Shown here: piece by piece, positions 48,200 through 56,610 of the stretch
Position numbering within the stretch: the first letter of the stretch is position 1
Layout of the letters: the number at the start of each line of letters is the position of its first letter
Source of the DNA: a virus
Lineage: Duplodnaviria > Caudoviricetes
IMG/VR virus record: IMGVR_UViG_3300042935_001404
Length of the DNA stretch: 64,000 nt
Strand: one strand, 5' to 3'
Translations under genes and position numbers: made by a program
Notes under the pieces: model-generated
Databases searched by the model: none
What the model saw: the letters and a program-made list of their open reading frames with translations, nothing else
What the model was told of the DNA's origin: nothing

Positions 48200-49220
48200 G
48201 ACACAGTTCTACTAAACTGGGATTAAACTGTATGCGTCCTGCATATTCCGAATATGCTGTGCCTAAAAAGTACATGGCTGCTGAATGATCTGTATGAGAG
48301 ATGTTGCCAATCACATCATGTTCAGCATAATTGACCCATGTGCCCCAATCTTCTAAGCGGTTAATCACTCCGCTAAATCCCATATCAACACATAGTCGAC
48401 AGAAGTTCTGCATGTCTTGATAGTTGTCTTGCTGTAGCACAAACTTTAACAGTACTTCTGCACCTGTACGTTCTACAGTGCCCTGCAACCAAGTTAAGTT
48501 GGTAATCAACTGTGACCACTGTCCTCCTAGACGCACACGTTCATATACTGGAGCAGAGCCTGCATCTATGCTGATAAAATACTGTGTAATGTGATCAAGT
48601 ATAGGAGAATCATCCAGTTGTTTTTTCAATAACAAGCCATTGGTGAACAACCGAATAGTTTGATTGGGGCCTGGACAAAATTCTCGTATCAATGGTCGCA
48701 TAATAGCACTGGCCAACGGATCGCCGTTGCCACTCATTACAATGTGGCAAGGTTCTTTAAATTCTTCTAACAAACGACGTATGTGTTGTACCTGTGCTAG
48801 TTTGCGATCATACTCGTCGCCAGAGTTGATCATTATTGCCGCAGGCCTGCAACTTGGGCAACGTAGATTACAACTTTCGTCAACGTTGATGCTGACCACG
48901 TGTGTTGTATCTATTTTGCTAGAGTGTACCACACCACATCGATCAACAGCACAATGTGTATAAGCACCAGAATCAATGTCGGCTTGTAATGCCAATGCTG
49001 ACTTGCTGTTCCATACACTGGCCAATGAATCAAAGTCTGAAATTTGTCCTACACTGATTGGCAACCATGCTTCGCATCCACATACAAAACAATCACCTTT
49101 CCAGTCTATAACCAATTGGCGACTGGGTGCATTGCAGTGATTGTCAATTGTTAATTTTAAATCTGCATTGCGCGGTATTGAATTGTAGGAGTGCCGGTTA
49201 GCAATTGGAATGACAAACAT
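48189..49220 (-). CDS. Radical SAM enzyme with N-terminal Twitch/SPASM-like domain (rSAM-8, divergent)
   Basis: CNLRCPSC, SGNGDPLAS; HCNAP...DCFVCGC...HCAVDRC; ATG at 49220 coupled by TAATG. Confidence 0.85.
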   Translation of the reverse strand: MFVIPIANRHSYNSIPRNADLKLTIDNHCNAPSRQLVIDWKGDCFVCGCEAWLPISVGQISDFDSLASVWNSKSALALQADIDSGAYTHCAVDRCGVVHSSKIDTTHVVSINVDESCNLRCPSCRPAAIMINSGDEYDRKLAQVQHIRRLLEEFKEPCHIVMSGNGDPLASAIMRPLIREFCPGPNQTIRLFTNGLLLKKQLDDSPILDHITQYFISIDAGSAPVYERVRLGGQWSQLITNLTWLQGTVERTGAEVLLKFVLQQDNYQDMQNFCRLCVDMGFSGVINRLEDWGTWVNYAEHDVIGNISHTDHSAAMYFLGTAYSEYAGRIQFNPSLVELCHVQ

Positions 49221-50239
49221 TATAGATATGTTTCTAAGCCGCCTCGGCGTGTCAAGTCCTGTGTACAGCAACTGATGCCACCATCCCAGAAGTAACTATG
49301 ACGCAGTTCACTAATAATTGGATTGATACGATGCCGTTTACAGAAATCAAACACATCTCTGTTGTACGCACTGAAGATAACATTTTCTTCGTCCAGCACT
49401 AAACAATTGACATCAAACACTGTTTCGGCAACAAAGCCGGTCCATTTGTTCAAGTATGTGTCAACAAACTTTGTAAACTCCTGTGTGGGGGTTTGTCCTT
49501 GCACATACCATGCTCCAGGGCTTTGTTCGTACTTGAACTTGCCTATTTCCATGGCTGCCCAGATACTGCTATCCCAAATCTTTAGCACTTCCCATCCTGG
49601 AAAGTCCTTGGCAAGATCTAAGTTGACATCGTGCTTGCTAGACAAAATAACACCGGGCTTGAGAATAGCAAACACAGCATCGCCGTGGCCGTCTGTTACT
49701 GCTTCGTGTATACGATACTCTGGGCCCAAGCAGTTGTCCACAATCCAACGTGTTTGTTCTGGCTTTAGATAATCACTGTTGTCAAAGAATACGTCACGCC
49801 CTACACGCACAATACAACTAGCACTTGCTTGGTTAAGAATGCAGTCAGCATCCCACCGACCGTTATGTGGACTGATCACTTGGTCTGCATATTCTGCACA
49901 AATGTCGTCCAGTTCTTCCATTGGTAACACACGCAGTAACTTTTGTCCCAGACTAATTTGCCAATCACGTGGAGTCAACGGAGGCAAAGGTGCACCACCG
50001 TTTTCTGTTTGCCACCACACAAATTGATCCTTGGGTGGTAAGTTGGGACGACGTACACGAGCACCATAGGTTTCGATGGTCTTTTGCAGGTTGTTTAAAT
50101 CTTCCTCAGTCTCGGCTAGAATTTGTTGTAGTTGATTGCGCACCTGCGGATTGTCAATAAAGTCAAAATAATCTGGACTGTAAGCACGACCCACAATAAC
50201 TTCTTCTAAGGGTTGCCAACTGGTGTAGGAATTAATCAT
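49220..50239 (-). CDS. Amidinotransferase (glycine / inosamine-phosphate amidinotransferase, StrB1/GATM-like)
   Basis: WQPLEEVIVG, PRD, GHGD, VFDVNCLV, DGGISCCTQDLTRRG (catalytic Cys segment). Confidence 0.85.
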   Translation of the reverse strand: MINSYTSWQPLEEVIVGRAYSPDYFDFIDNPQVRNQLQQILAETEEDLNNLQKTIETYGARVRRPNLPPKDQFVWWQTENGGAPLPPLTPRDWQISLGQKLLRVLPMEELDDICAEYADQVISPHNGRWDADCILNQASASCIVRVGRDVFFDNSDYLKPEQTRWIVDNCLGPEYRIHEAVTDGHGDAVFAILKPGVILSSKHDVNLDLAKDFPGWEVLKIWDSSIWAAMEIGKFKYEQSPGAWYVQGQTPTQEFTKFVDTYLNKWTGFVAETVFDVNCLVLDEENVIFSAYNRDVFDFCKRHRINPIISELRHSYFWDGGISCCTQDLTRRGGLETYL

Positions 50240-51419
50240 TGTGTATTCTTTCTAATAGAGTATTTAATCTGTGGGCTTTTGAGCTACAAAATAACTGTTG
50301 GTTGTGTTCAACATCTGATCGGCAAGATTCAAACCAGGTGTGCAAGTCTTGCGACTTTAGTTGTGCAATTGTTTTACGCACAGCAATCCAACGTTCAGTA
50401 TTATCTTGTATTGTATCGTAACTGTTGTCTACGACATGATCAAATGTACGATAACCTAGGTCTCGCAATGCAGACAAGGATCCAGGGCATCCTACTACAA
50501 CAAAAGGTTGTCCGTGTTTGATTGCTTTGAATGTTTTTTCAGTTAAAAACGCACCACCTGATCCGTCTGCATCAAAGTGTGTTTCTAATACTATATTACA
50601 GTAACTATCTGTAAAATGATTGGTTTCTATTAGGTGATGATCGTTGTGTTGTTCGTGTGTGAGTGCATCGCATGTGTATGGACCGTTGCTTAAAAACTGT
50701 TTGATGTCTTCTCGAATTTCAAGAGTATCAACCTCAATGGGATTGTCAGTTTCGGCTTCATCTGTCACAATGTCAGTTCCGTAACTCCAGTAACTGTTGT
50801 CTAGTAATCCCTCACGGTGTAGGTCTGTCATCACAGTGGCCCTCCACCATTTGTGTGTTCTGCTTAGTACTGTAAAGTCACGCAATCGTCGATTGGTGTG
50901 TACAGGTGTTGGGGGTATTTGTTGATTGCGATGCCAGTATAGAAGTTCGTGATCTGGAAAATACACAAAGCCTGGAATGCCATTGGCTGCTGTATTGCCA
51001 CTGACAAACCGGTAGCAGTTGGGTGGCAGCAAATGATTTTGACACAGTTCGTCTAGTCGATCTTTGATACGGAATGGATTGTCACCTTCGTGATAGTAAA
51101 ACAGCACAGTTAGTTCTTCTCGACGCAACTGACGTCGTACCACCTCAGTCATTAAAGCAAAGTAATCAACATCAAAGTTAAAAAAGCCTAGTCCTACTGT
51201 GTAGTAAGCACCACTTGTAAGATTGCTAAGATCAGATAACTTATACTTGATGCCGTGTGTGTTGAAATGTTCGTACAACTCAGCAGGAACTGTATTGGGC
51301 CAATGCTGTACAAATTCACGCCATTCTGCAGTGTAAGGTTGTGCCTGCCACCGTGCTAGTGCAGGATATGCTTTGTTACGAACTACGCGGTCAGCAACAA
51401 AGTTATTTGCGTAGTCCAT
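50232..51419 (-). CDS. Glycosyltransferase-like protein, paralogue of 35294
   Basis: FTVLSRTHKWWR; CNIVLETHF...FLTEKTFKAIKHGQPF...GYRTFDHVVDNSYD. Confidence 0.55.
   Translation of the reverse strand: MDYANNFVADRVVRNKAYPALARWQAQPYTAEWREFVQHWPNTVPAELYEHFNTHGIKYKLSDLSNLTSGAYYTVGLGFFNFDVDYFALMTEVVRRQLRREELTVLFYYHEGDNPFRIKDRLDELCQNHLLPPNCYRFVSGNTAANGIPGFVYFPDHELLYWHRNQQIPPTPVHTNRRLRDFTVLSRTHKWWRATVMTDLHREGLLDNSYWSYGTDIVTDEAETDNPIEVDTLEIREDIKQFLSNGPYTCDALTHEQHNDHHLIETNHFTDSYCNIVLETHFDADGSGGAFLTEKTFKAIKHGQPFVVVGCPGSLSALRDLGYRTFDHVVDNSYDTIQDNTERWIAVRKTIAQLKSQDLHTWFESCRSDVEHNQQLFCSSKAHRLNTLLERIHND
50261..50266 (-). promoter_or_regulatory. Possible late promoter core TAAATA upstream of the amidinotransferase
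   Basis: TATTTA on the + strand, 21 nt upstream of the start and inside the upstream CDS. Confidence 0.35.
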
Positions 51420-52518
51420 GGAGCATGCTAGTTAGTTCTGGCCATAATACGTTTGTCAGGCCACCCCTGTAAAAATGGCGGAAGTTGTGTTCCACGAGAG
51501 GTAAACACGCACGATGTATTGATTGGCGCTCTCTTGCACTTTGATTGTCTAGATCTTTTAGTAATCGAGCGACCTTTTCCACACGTAGCACGTCGTCGGT
51601 TTCGGCATCATAGCTTTCATCAAATATGTCATCAAAAGTTTTAAATCCGTAACTGCGCATATACTCTAAGCTGTGGGCAGGTGCAACCAATACAAATGGC
51701 ATTTCTAATGCAATAGCTTTAAATGTTTTTTCTGTTATGTGTGTTCTGCGTCCAAAGTATACAGTTTCGGTAGGAACATATACCAAACTGTCTTGTGCTT
51801 CTGCATAGTTACCTAGCCAGCAACTGGTCATCTGTTGTGATTCTTCTCCTGCAAACAATCTTGGCAAGGCAGCATGTTCAAACACTTGCGAAATATCTGG
51901 ATATGTGTTACAATACTTGTTGGCCACAACACTTATATCAACATTTTCGTATTGGCATACTCGTGGCACACTGATATGATTGTGTTCTAAACCTTGTTTG
52001 AATACATTATACAAAAACAACACACGATGATCACGCTTGCCACCTACAATACGATTGGGACTCATAAAAGTCCGTGTGGGCGCACGATCTCTTGCTCGAG
52101 GAATTAAGAATGACTTGTCATAACCGCGGAACCAGTCTTGACAGGCCCAGCCGTGGTAAAAATAATAGTGACTTTTCCATCCGTATGTTTCACATAGACG
52201 TTCAACATACTCGCCATGTTCACTTACAACAACATGACCAAATTGGGTTGGCTTTACTTGATTATGTTGATGCCACCACAAATCTATATTCCGTCTTGCT
52301 ACATCATCAAACAATGGCCGATATTCTTCCGTCCAGCACGGCTCTTGATCGTGCATCCATACATAGTCAGTTTCTATAATGTCATCACTGCCCAAGTTAA
52401 ATAAAGCATCCGGGTCAGTTTGTCCTGGCGGATCACAAAAAAACAATCTCGTACCTGGTAGATTTTTTTCTATCCAAGGCCAAAAAGTATTATTATAAAT
52501 CTCGTCTATTCTTATCAT
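51403..52518 (-). CDS. Glycosyltransferase-like protein, paralogue of 35294
   Basis: FMSPNRIVGGKRDHR; VYVPTETVY...ITEKTFKAIALEMPF...GFKTFDDIFDESYD. Confidence 0.55.
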   Translation of the reverse strand: MIRIDEIYNNTFWPWIEKNLPGTRLFFCDPPGQTDPDALFNLGSDDIIETDYVWMHDQEPCWTEEYRPLFDDVARRNIDLWWHQHNQVKPTQFGHVVVSEHGEYVERLCETYGWKSHYYFYHGWACQDWFRGYDKSFLIPRARDRAPTRTFMSPNRIVGGKRDHRVLFLYNVFKQGLEHNHISVPRVCQYENVDISVVANKYCNTYPDISQVFEHAALPRLFAGEESQQMTSCWLGNYAEAQDSLVYVPTETVYFGRRTHITEKTFKAIALEMPFVLVAPAHSLEYMRSYGFKTFDDIFDESYDAETDDVLRVEKVARLLKDLDNQSARERQSIHRACLPLVEHNFRHFYRGGLTNVLWPELTSMLHGLRK

Positions 52519-55348
52519 GTTTGATGTATTTTATTCTGGAACAAAGCCCAATTTGTTTGCGCATGAGCAGGCAGTAGATACCATTGAACAGGCACAACAG
52601 CAGAGTCGCACTCGTTTCTTTTGGTTTGTAAATTACTTATCTGACTACACCGGCTTTGATTTTCTTTGGGAACCTGTGCCTTGGCAAGCACACCAGCGAC
52701 ATGCCTGGGCAAGTCAACACCAACCAGATTCGGGCACATATCTTGTGCCTACAGTAGGCTACACAGATACAAACTATCACACCGATGTAGTATTGCAAAG
52801 AATCAACAATGAAGATTCATGGAAAATACACGAAGCAATAGATCAAGAGTCATGGGATTGGTCCTGGCATCCTGATCCGGCAGAGCCTCCTTACATCTAC
52901 GTGTTTGGTAATCAGTGGAACTTTCCTGAATACAAGGCCAGTGTAGAGTATGTTGTACCTGGAGCGACTGAACGCAAGTACATGGATCTAAAAACAACTA
53001 GACTACCGCTGCCGCAGTTATTTGCACATAATCTAGCAGTGAGCAAGTTTGATTATTCGTGGGAACCTAATCCGTTTGATCCTCCTTATGTGTATGTGTT
53101 TGGCAATCAGTGGAACCCTGGTGTACTAGAGCCCACGATAATTTATACAGTACCCGGAGCAACAGAACACAAGTATGTAGATGACATTGTGGCCACTGTA
53201 GCATCCAGTCCTGCAGACTTTGATGTGTTGCACGATATTGCTGACTTTGATTATTCCTGGAGACCCAATCCTACAGATCCAGATTACATATATGTGTTCG
53301 GCAATGAATGGCACACAGCAGAGATCATGCCCACAGTGGAATATCAAGTGGGCAGTGCCACTGAACGCAAATATGTAGAATACCCTCGAGCTAAACTGCC
53401 ACAGCACCGCAATAATAAATGGCACACAGTAGAAGATTGTGATTGGAATTATTCCTGGATACCAGATCCAGGTGATCCTCCTTACACGTATGTGTTTGGC
53501 AATCAGCATTGGTCTGCTGAAATTATGCCTACTGTCACATACACAGTTCCTGGCGCAACTGAACGCAAGTACATGGATTATCCACGTGCTCAACTGTTAG
53601 AAACACACCTACACTGGGACACTATTACACATCATGACTATGAGTTTGATCGATCTTGGCGACCCGATCCTGGTGAGCCGCCTATGATATATGTGTTTGG
53701 CAACCAACACTGGCCTGCAGAGAAAATGCCCGTGTTGCGTTACTGTTCCGAGCCTGCGGATCAAGACTTGCCCATCAAGTACATGGACTACCCTCGAGCC
53801 ACACTACTGCCCAACAAAACAATGTGGGTGCTACCTGAGGGTGTGCGTGAAGAACACGTGGACTTCTCTTGGGTTCCTGATCCTGGTGAACCTGCCTACA
53901 TCTATCAGTTTGCTACACAGTGGCAAAAAACCGGCGGCCCACAGTATCATGTGCCTGGTGCAACTGAAATCAAGTACCTTGAGCATGTAGAAATCAAAAT
54001 TGAAACTACCACAGTTCCTATTGTGGAGATTGATCACTTGGATGGTAGTGCAGGTAACATTCCCGATACCGTCAAACGCATACGTTACTTTGACAACTAT
54101 AGGGATACACTTGTACGTTTAGCCAAAAGTCTAGTTGGTGAGCATGAGTTTGTATGGGTATGTAGCAGTATTTGTGACTACACTGACTTTGACTTTTCGT
54201 GGCACCCGGAAAAATGGCAAAGCACTATGCTACATGTATTTGCCTCCAATGAACAAAAGTTTGGAGATACATTCTACATGCACGTTCCTACATTTGCGGC
54301 TCGTGCAGAGAAGAAAGCCCTGTTGGAATGGTACAGCGTAAACTATGTGCCACGGATTCGTGTTTCACGCAGACCCATGCCTGTGATACAGCACACAGAA
54401 GACAGTCATGTAGATGCAGTCAAGAACGCAACATGGTCAGGTCCATTGGCCACATTTACCACAACTGATTGTGTGTCGGATAATGTAGTCACAGTTCCGC
54501 TGTGGCGCACTGAAACCAAAACTATTGTGCCATTGAGTAAAGGTGCTGCCAGTGTGATTGTTCCGCGAGTGGCAGTAGGTGATATTCGTACACAGTTATA
54601 TGATTACCCGTACATTAATAAAACACAACGCATGGGCAAAGAACATCCGTTGGACATTGTGTTTATAAGCAATGGCGAAAAGTATGCTGGTTTTCATGAA
54701 CAACAGTTATATCGATCAGTACAAAGAGACGGGCTTGACTGCAATCACATACATCATTCTACAGGCGTAAACGGTCGAGTGGCAGCATACCAAGCAGCCG
54801 CTAGGTCAAGTACAACACCTTGGTTCTTTGCTGTGTTTGCCAAGCTAGAAGTTGATCCCAAGTTTGACTGGACATGGCAACCTGATCGTATGCAACAGGC
54901 CAAGCACTACATCTTTCACGCATACAATCCTGTGAATGGATTGACATATGGTCACCAAGCTATGATTGCATACAATAAGAAAATGGTGTTGGAGAACGTT
55001 GGAGCAGGATTAGACTTTACACTGGATCAACCGCATGAAGTTGTGCCCGTGCTCAGTGGTGTAGCTAATTATAATGAAACACCTTGGACAGCTTGGCGCA
55101 CTGCATTCCGTGAAGTGCTTAAATTAAAGGCCAGTCTGCCAGATGTAGAAAGTGAATACCGACTCCGTATGTGGCTCAGTAATGCTGGCGAAGTTCCAAA
55201 TGCAGAATGGAGTCAGTGGGGCGCCGAAGATGCAGTAGAGTACTACGACGAAGTAGGCGGCGACTTTGCGGCTCTAAAGAAAAGTTACGAGTGGACTTGG
55301 TTGGCCAGTTATGCGTTTATGCGACGCAGTTTACAACCTGATCGCTGA
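52517..55348 (+). CDS. Tandem-repeat protein with C-terminal degenerate GT-A (GT2-like) domain
   Basis: Six ~66-aa repeats; C-terminal LDIVFISNGE...GVNGRVAAYQAAA...NPVNGLTYGH...AWRTAFREVLKL is paralogous to 32427. Confidence 0.7.
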   Translation: MFDVFYSGTKPNLFAHEQAVDTIEQAQQQSRTRFFWFVNYLSDYTGFDFLWEPVPWQAHQRHAWASQHQPDSGTYLVPTVGYTDTNYHTDVVLQRINNEDSWKIHEAIDQESWDWSWHPDPAEPPYIYVFGNQWNFPEYKASVEYVVPGATERKYMDLKTTRLPLPQLFAHNLAVSKFDYSWEPNPFDPPYVYVFGNQWNPGVLEPTIIYTVPGATEHKYVDDIVATVASSPADFDVLHDIADFDYSWRPNPTDPDYIYVFGNEWHTAEIMPTVEYQVGSATERKYVEYPRAKLPQHRNNKWHTVEDCDWNYSWIPDPGDPPYTYVFGNQHWSAEIMPTVTYTVPGATERKYMDYPRAQLLETHLHWDTITHHDYEFDRSWRPDPGEPPMIYVFGNQHWPAEKMPVLRYCSEPADQDLPIKYMDYPRATLLPNKTMWVLPEGVREEHVDFSWVPDPGEPAYIYQFATQWQKTGGPQYHVPGATEIKYLEHVEIKIETTTVPIVEIDHLDGSAGNIPDTVKRIRYFDNYRDTLVRLAKSLVGEHEFVWVCSSICDYTDFDFSWHPEKWQSTMLHVFASNEQKFGDTFYMHVPTFAARAEKKALLEWYSVNYVPRIRVSRRPMPVIQHTEDSHVDAVKNATWSGPLATFTTTDCVSDNVVTVPLWRTETKTIVPLSKGAASVIVPRVAVGDIRTQLYDYPYINKTQRMGKEHPLDIVFISNGEKYAGFHEQQLYRSVQRDGLDCNHIHHSTGVNGRVAAYQAAARSSTTPWFFAVFAKLEVDPKFDWTWQPDRMQQAKHYIFHAYNPVNGLTYGHQAMIAYNKKMVLENVGAGLDFTLDQPHEVVPVLSGVANYNETPWTAWRTAFREVLKLKASLPDVESEYRLRMWLSNAGEVPNAEWSQWGAEDAVEYYDEVGGDFAALKKSYEWTWLASYAFMRRSLQPDR
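52850..53990 (+). repeat. Six intragenic repeats, about 198-bp (66-aa) period
   Basis: (F/W)DYSWxP(D/N)PxDPPYxYVFGNQ...PTVxYxVPGATERKY units start near 52853, 53048, 53246, 53444, 53645 and 53864. Confidence 0.9.
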
Positions 55349-56423
55349 TGTATTCAACTTCTAAGTCTGTTAGTTCGGGATAGATAGGCAGACTTAGTAC
55401 ACGACGAGCAAGACTAGAACTTGCGGCCAACATGTCTGGGCCAGGATATGCTCTATACAACGGTAGTTCGTGCAATGGGTTTATATAATGTACTCGTGTA
55501 TCAATCTTGCGCAGTGCAAGATTTGCTCGTAGCGTATCACGTCCATCAACATCTATAACAAACTTATGAACAGCATGATTGTGTGCATTGGTATCGTTAA
55601 TCAAACACCGTATGTCTGTATGTTTAAAACGATCACGCCAATGATCTGCAATCTTTTGTCTACGTGCTTGCCAATAATCAATATGTCGAGATTTAACCAA
55701 CATGTGCGCACAGTCCAGTTCGCTCATACGACTGTTGGTACCTGGATTTCGATGTGTAGGTTTACCATTGTCTCGCCATGCTCGGGCATATTCTGCTAGA
55801 TCCAAATTGTCTGTAACAACGGCACCACCATTGCCATAACAAGCCAAGTTTTTCATAGGATCAAAACTAATTGCCGCACCACCTTTGCCTATTCTTGTGC
55901 AGTCAGCCGATAACCAATGTTGTGCGGCATCTTCGATTATAAGAGTATCATGTTGTACCCATTGATGCCAGGCGCGAACATCACCGTGATGCGTAACTGC
56001 GGCACCGTACAATCCAACCATTACAATTGCCTGATAACTTAACCCTGTTGGTATTGAATTAGTGTTTAATAAACCCTGCGCATCTGTATCAATGATGTGT
56101 ATATCCCAGCCTGCACGTACGAATGCATTGGCAGTGGCCACATAGGTCATTGCAGGGATCAACACAGTGGGAGGATGCGGCACAGGAGATTCCATGGCCC
56201 AGTAATTGGCTAAGATTTCAAGTGCATGTGTGCCTGAATGGCAAGTTACAGCATAACGCACATGATTCTTTCGAGCAAGCCATGCTTCAAACTCCACAGT
56301 GTTGTTGCCGTTCATGAGTTGACCACTGCGAAGAACTTCGTCAGTCACATCTAGAATTTCTGTGCGGAGATTGTTATACTGTTTTTTTAAACCAGTAAAC
56401 GGGATTGTAAGTCCAGTATTCAT
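55317..56423 (-). CDS. DegT/DnrJ/EryC1/StrS PLP-dependent sugar aminotransferase
   Basis: SGTHAL, TYVATANA, IIEDAAQ, SFDPMKNLACYGNGGAVVT (PLP Lys), NSRMSEL, LSLPIYPEL. Confidence 0.95.
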   Translation of the reverse strand: MNTGLTIPFTGLKKQYNNLRTEILDVTDEVLRSGQLMNGNNTVEFEAWLARKNHVRYAVTCHSGTHALEILANYWAMESPVPHPPTVLIPAMTYVATANAFVRAGWDIHIIDTDAQGLLNTNSIPTGLSYQAIVMVGLYGAAVTHHGDVRAWHQWVQHDTLIIEDAAQHWLSADCTRIGKGGAAISFDPMKNLACYGNGGAVVTDNLDLAEYARAWRDNGKPTHRNPGTNSRMSELDCAHMLVKSRHIDYWQARRQKIADHWRDRFKHTDIRCLINDTNAHNHAVHKFVIDVDGRDTLRANLALRKIDTRVHYINPLHELPLYRAYPGPDMLAASSSLARRVLSLPIYPELTDLEVEYISDQVVNCVA

Positions 56424-56599
56424 GCATTCTTTGCCCAGGCAATATACCCACCATTGGCATTGCTCCACGGGCAATACTGTTCCCACAATACAGTTGCTTG
56501 CTCTGGATTCTCTTTCATCAAGAGGTCTAGACTATGCCTGGTCTTGTATCCATCAAGACTCCAGTCATGATTTTTCAATGCAGTTTCTAAGTCATTCAT
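56420..56599 (-). CDS. Hypothetical protein (59 aa)
   Basis: Fills the gap between the epimerase and aminotransferase genes; ATGA coupling. Confidence 0.6.
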   Translation of the reverse strand: MNDLETALKNHDWSLDGYKTRHSLDLLMKENPEQATVLWEQYCPWSNANGGYIAWAKNA

Positions 56600-56610
56600 T
56601 TTGTTTATCT

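Noticed and set aside
52850-53990. Regularly spaced repeats considered as a CRISPR array or DGR template/variable region
   Set aside because: Units are ~198 bp, in frame, diverge at synonymous positions and lack identical direct repeats with unique spacers. No cas or reverse transcriptase gene and no adenine-specific mismatch pattern are visible.
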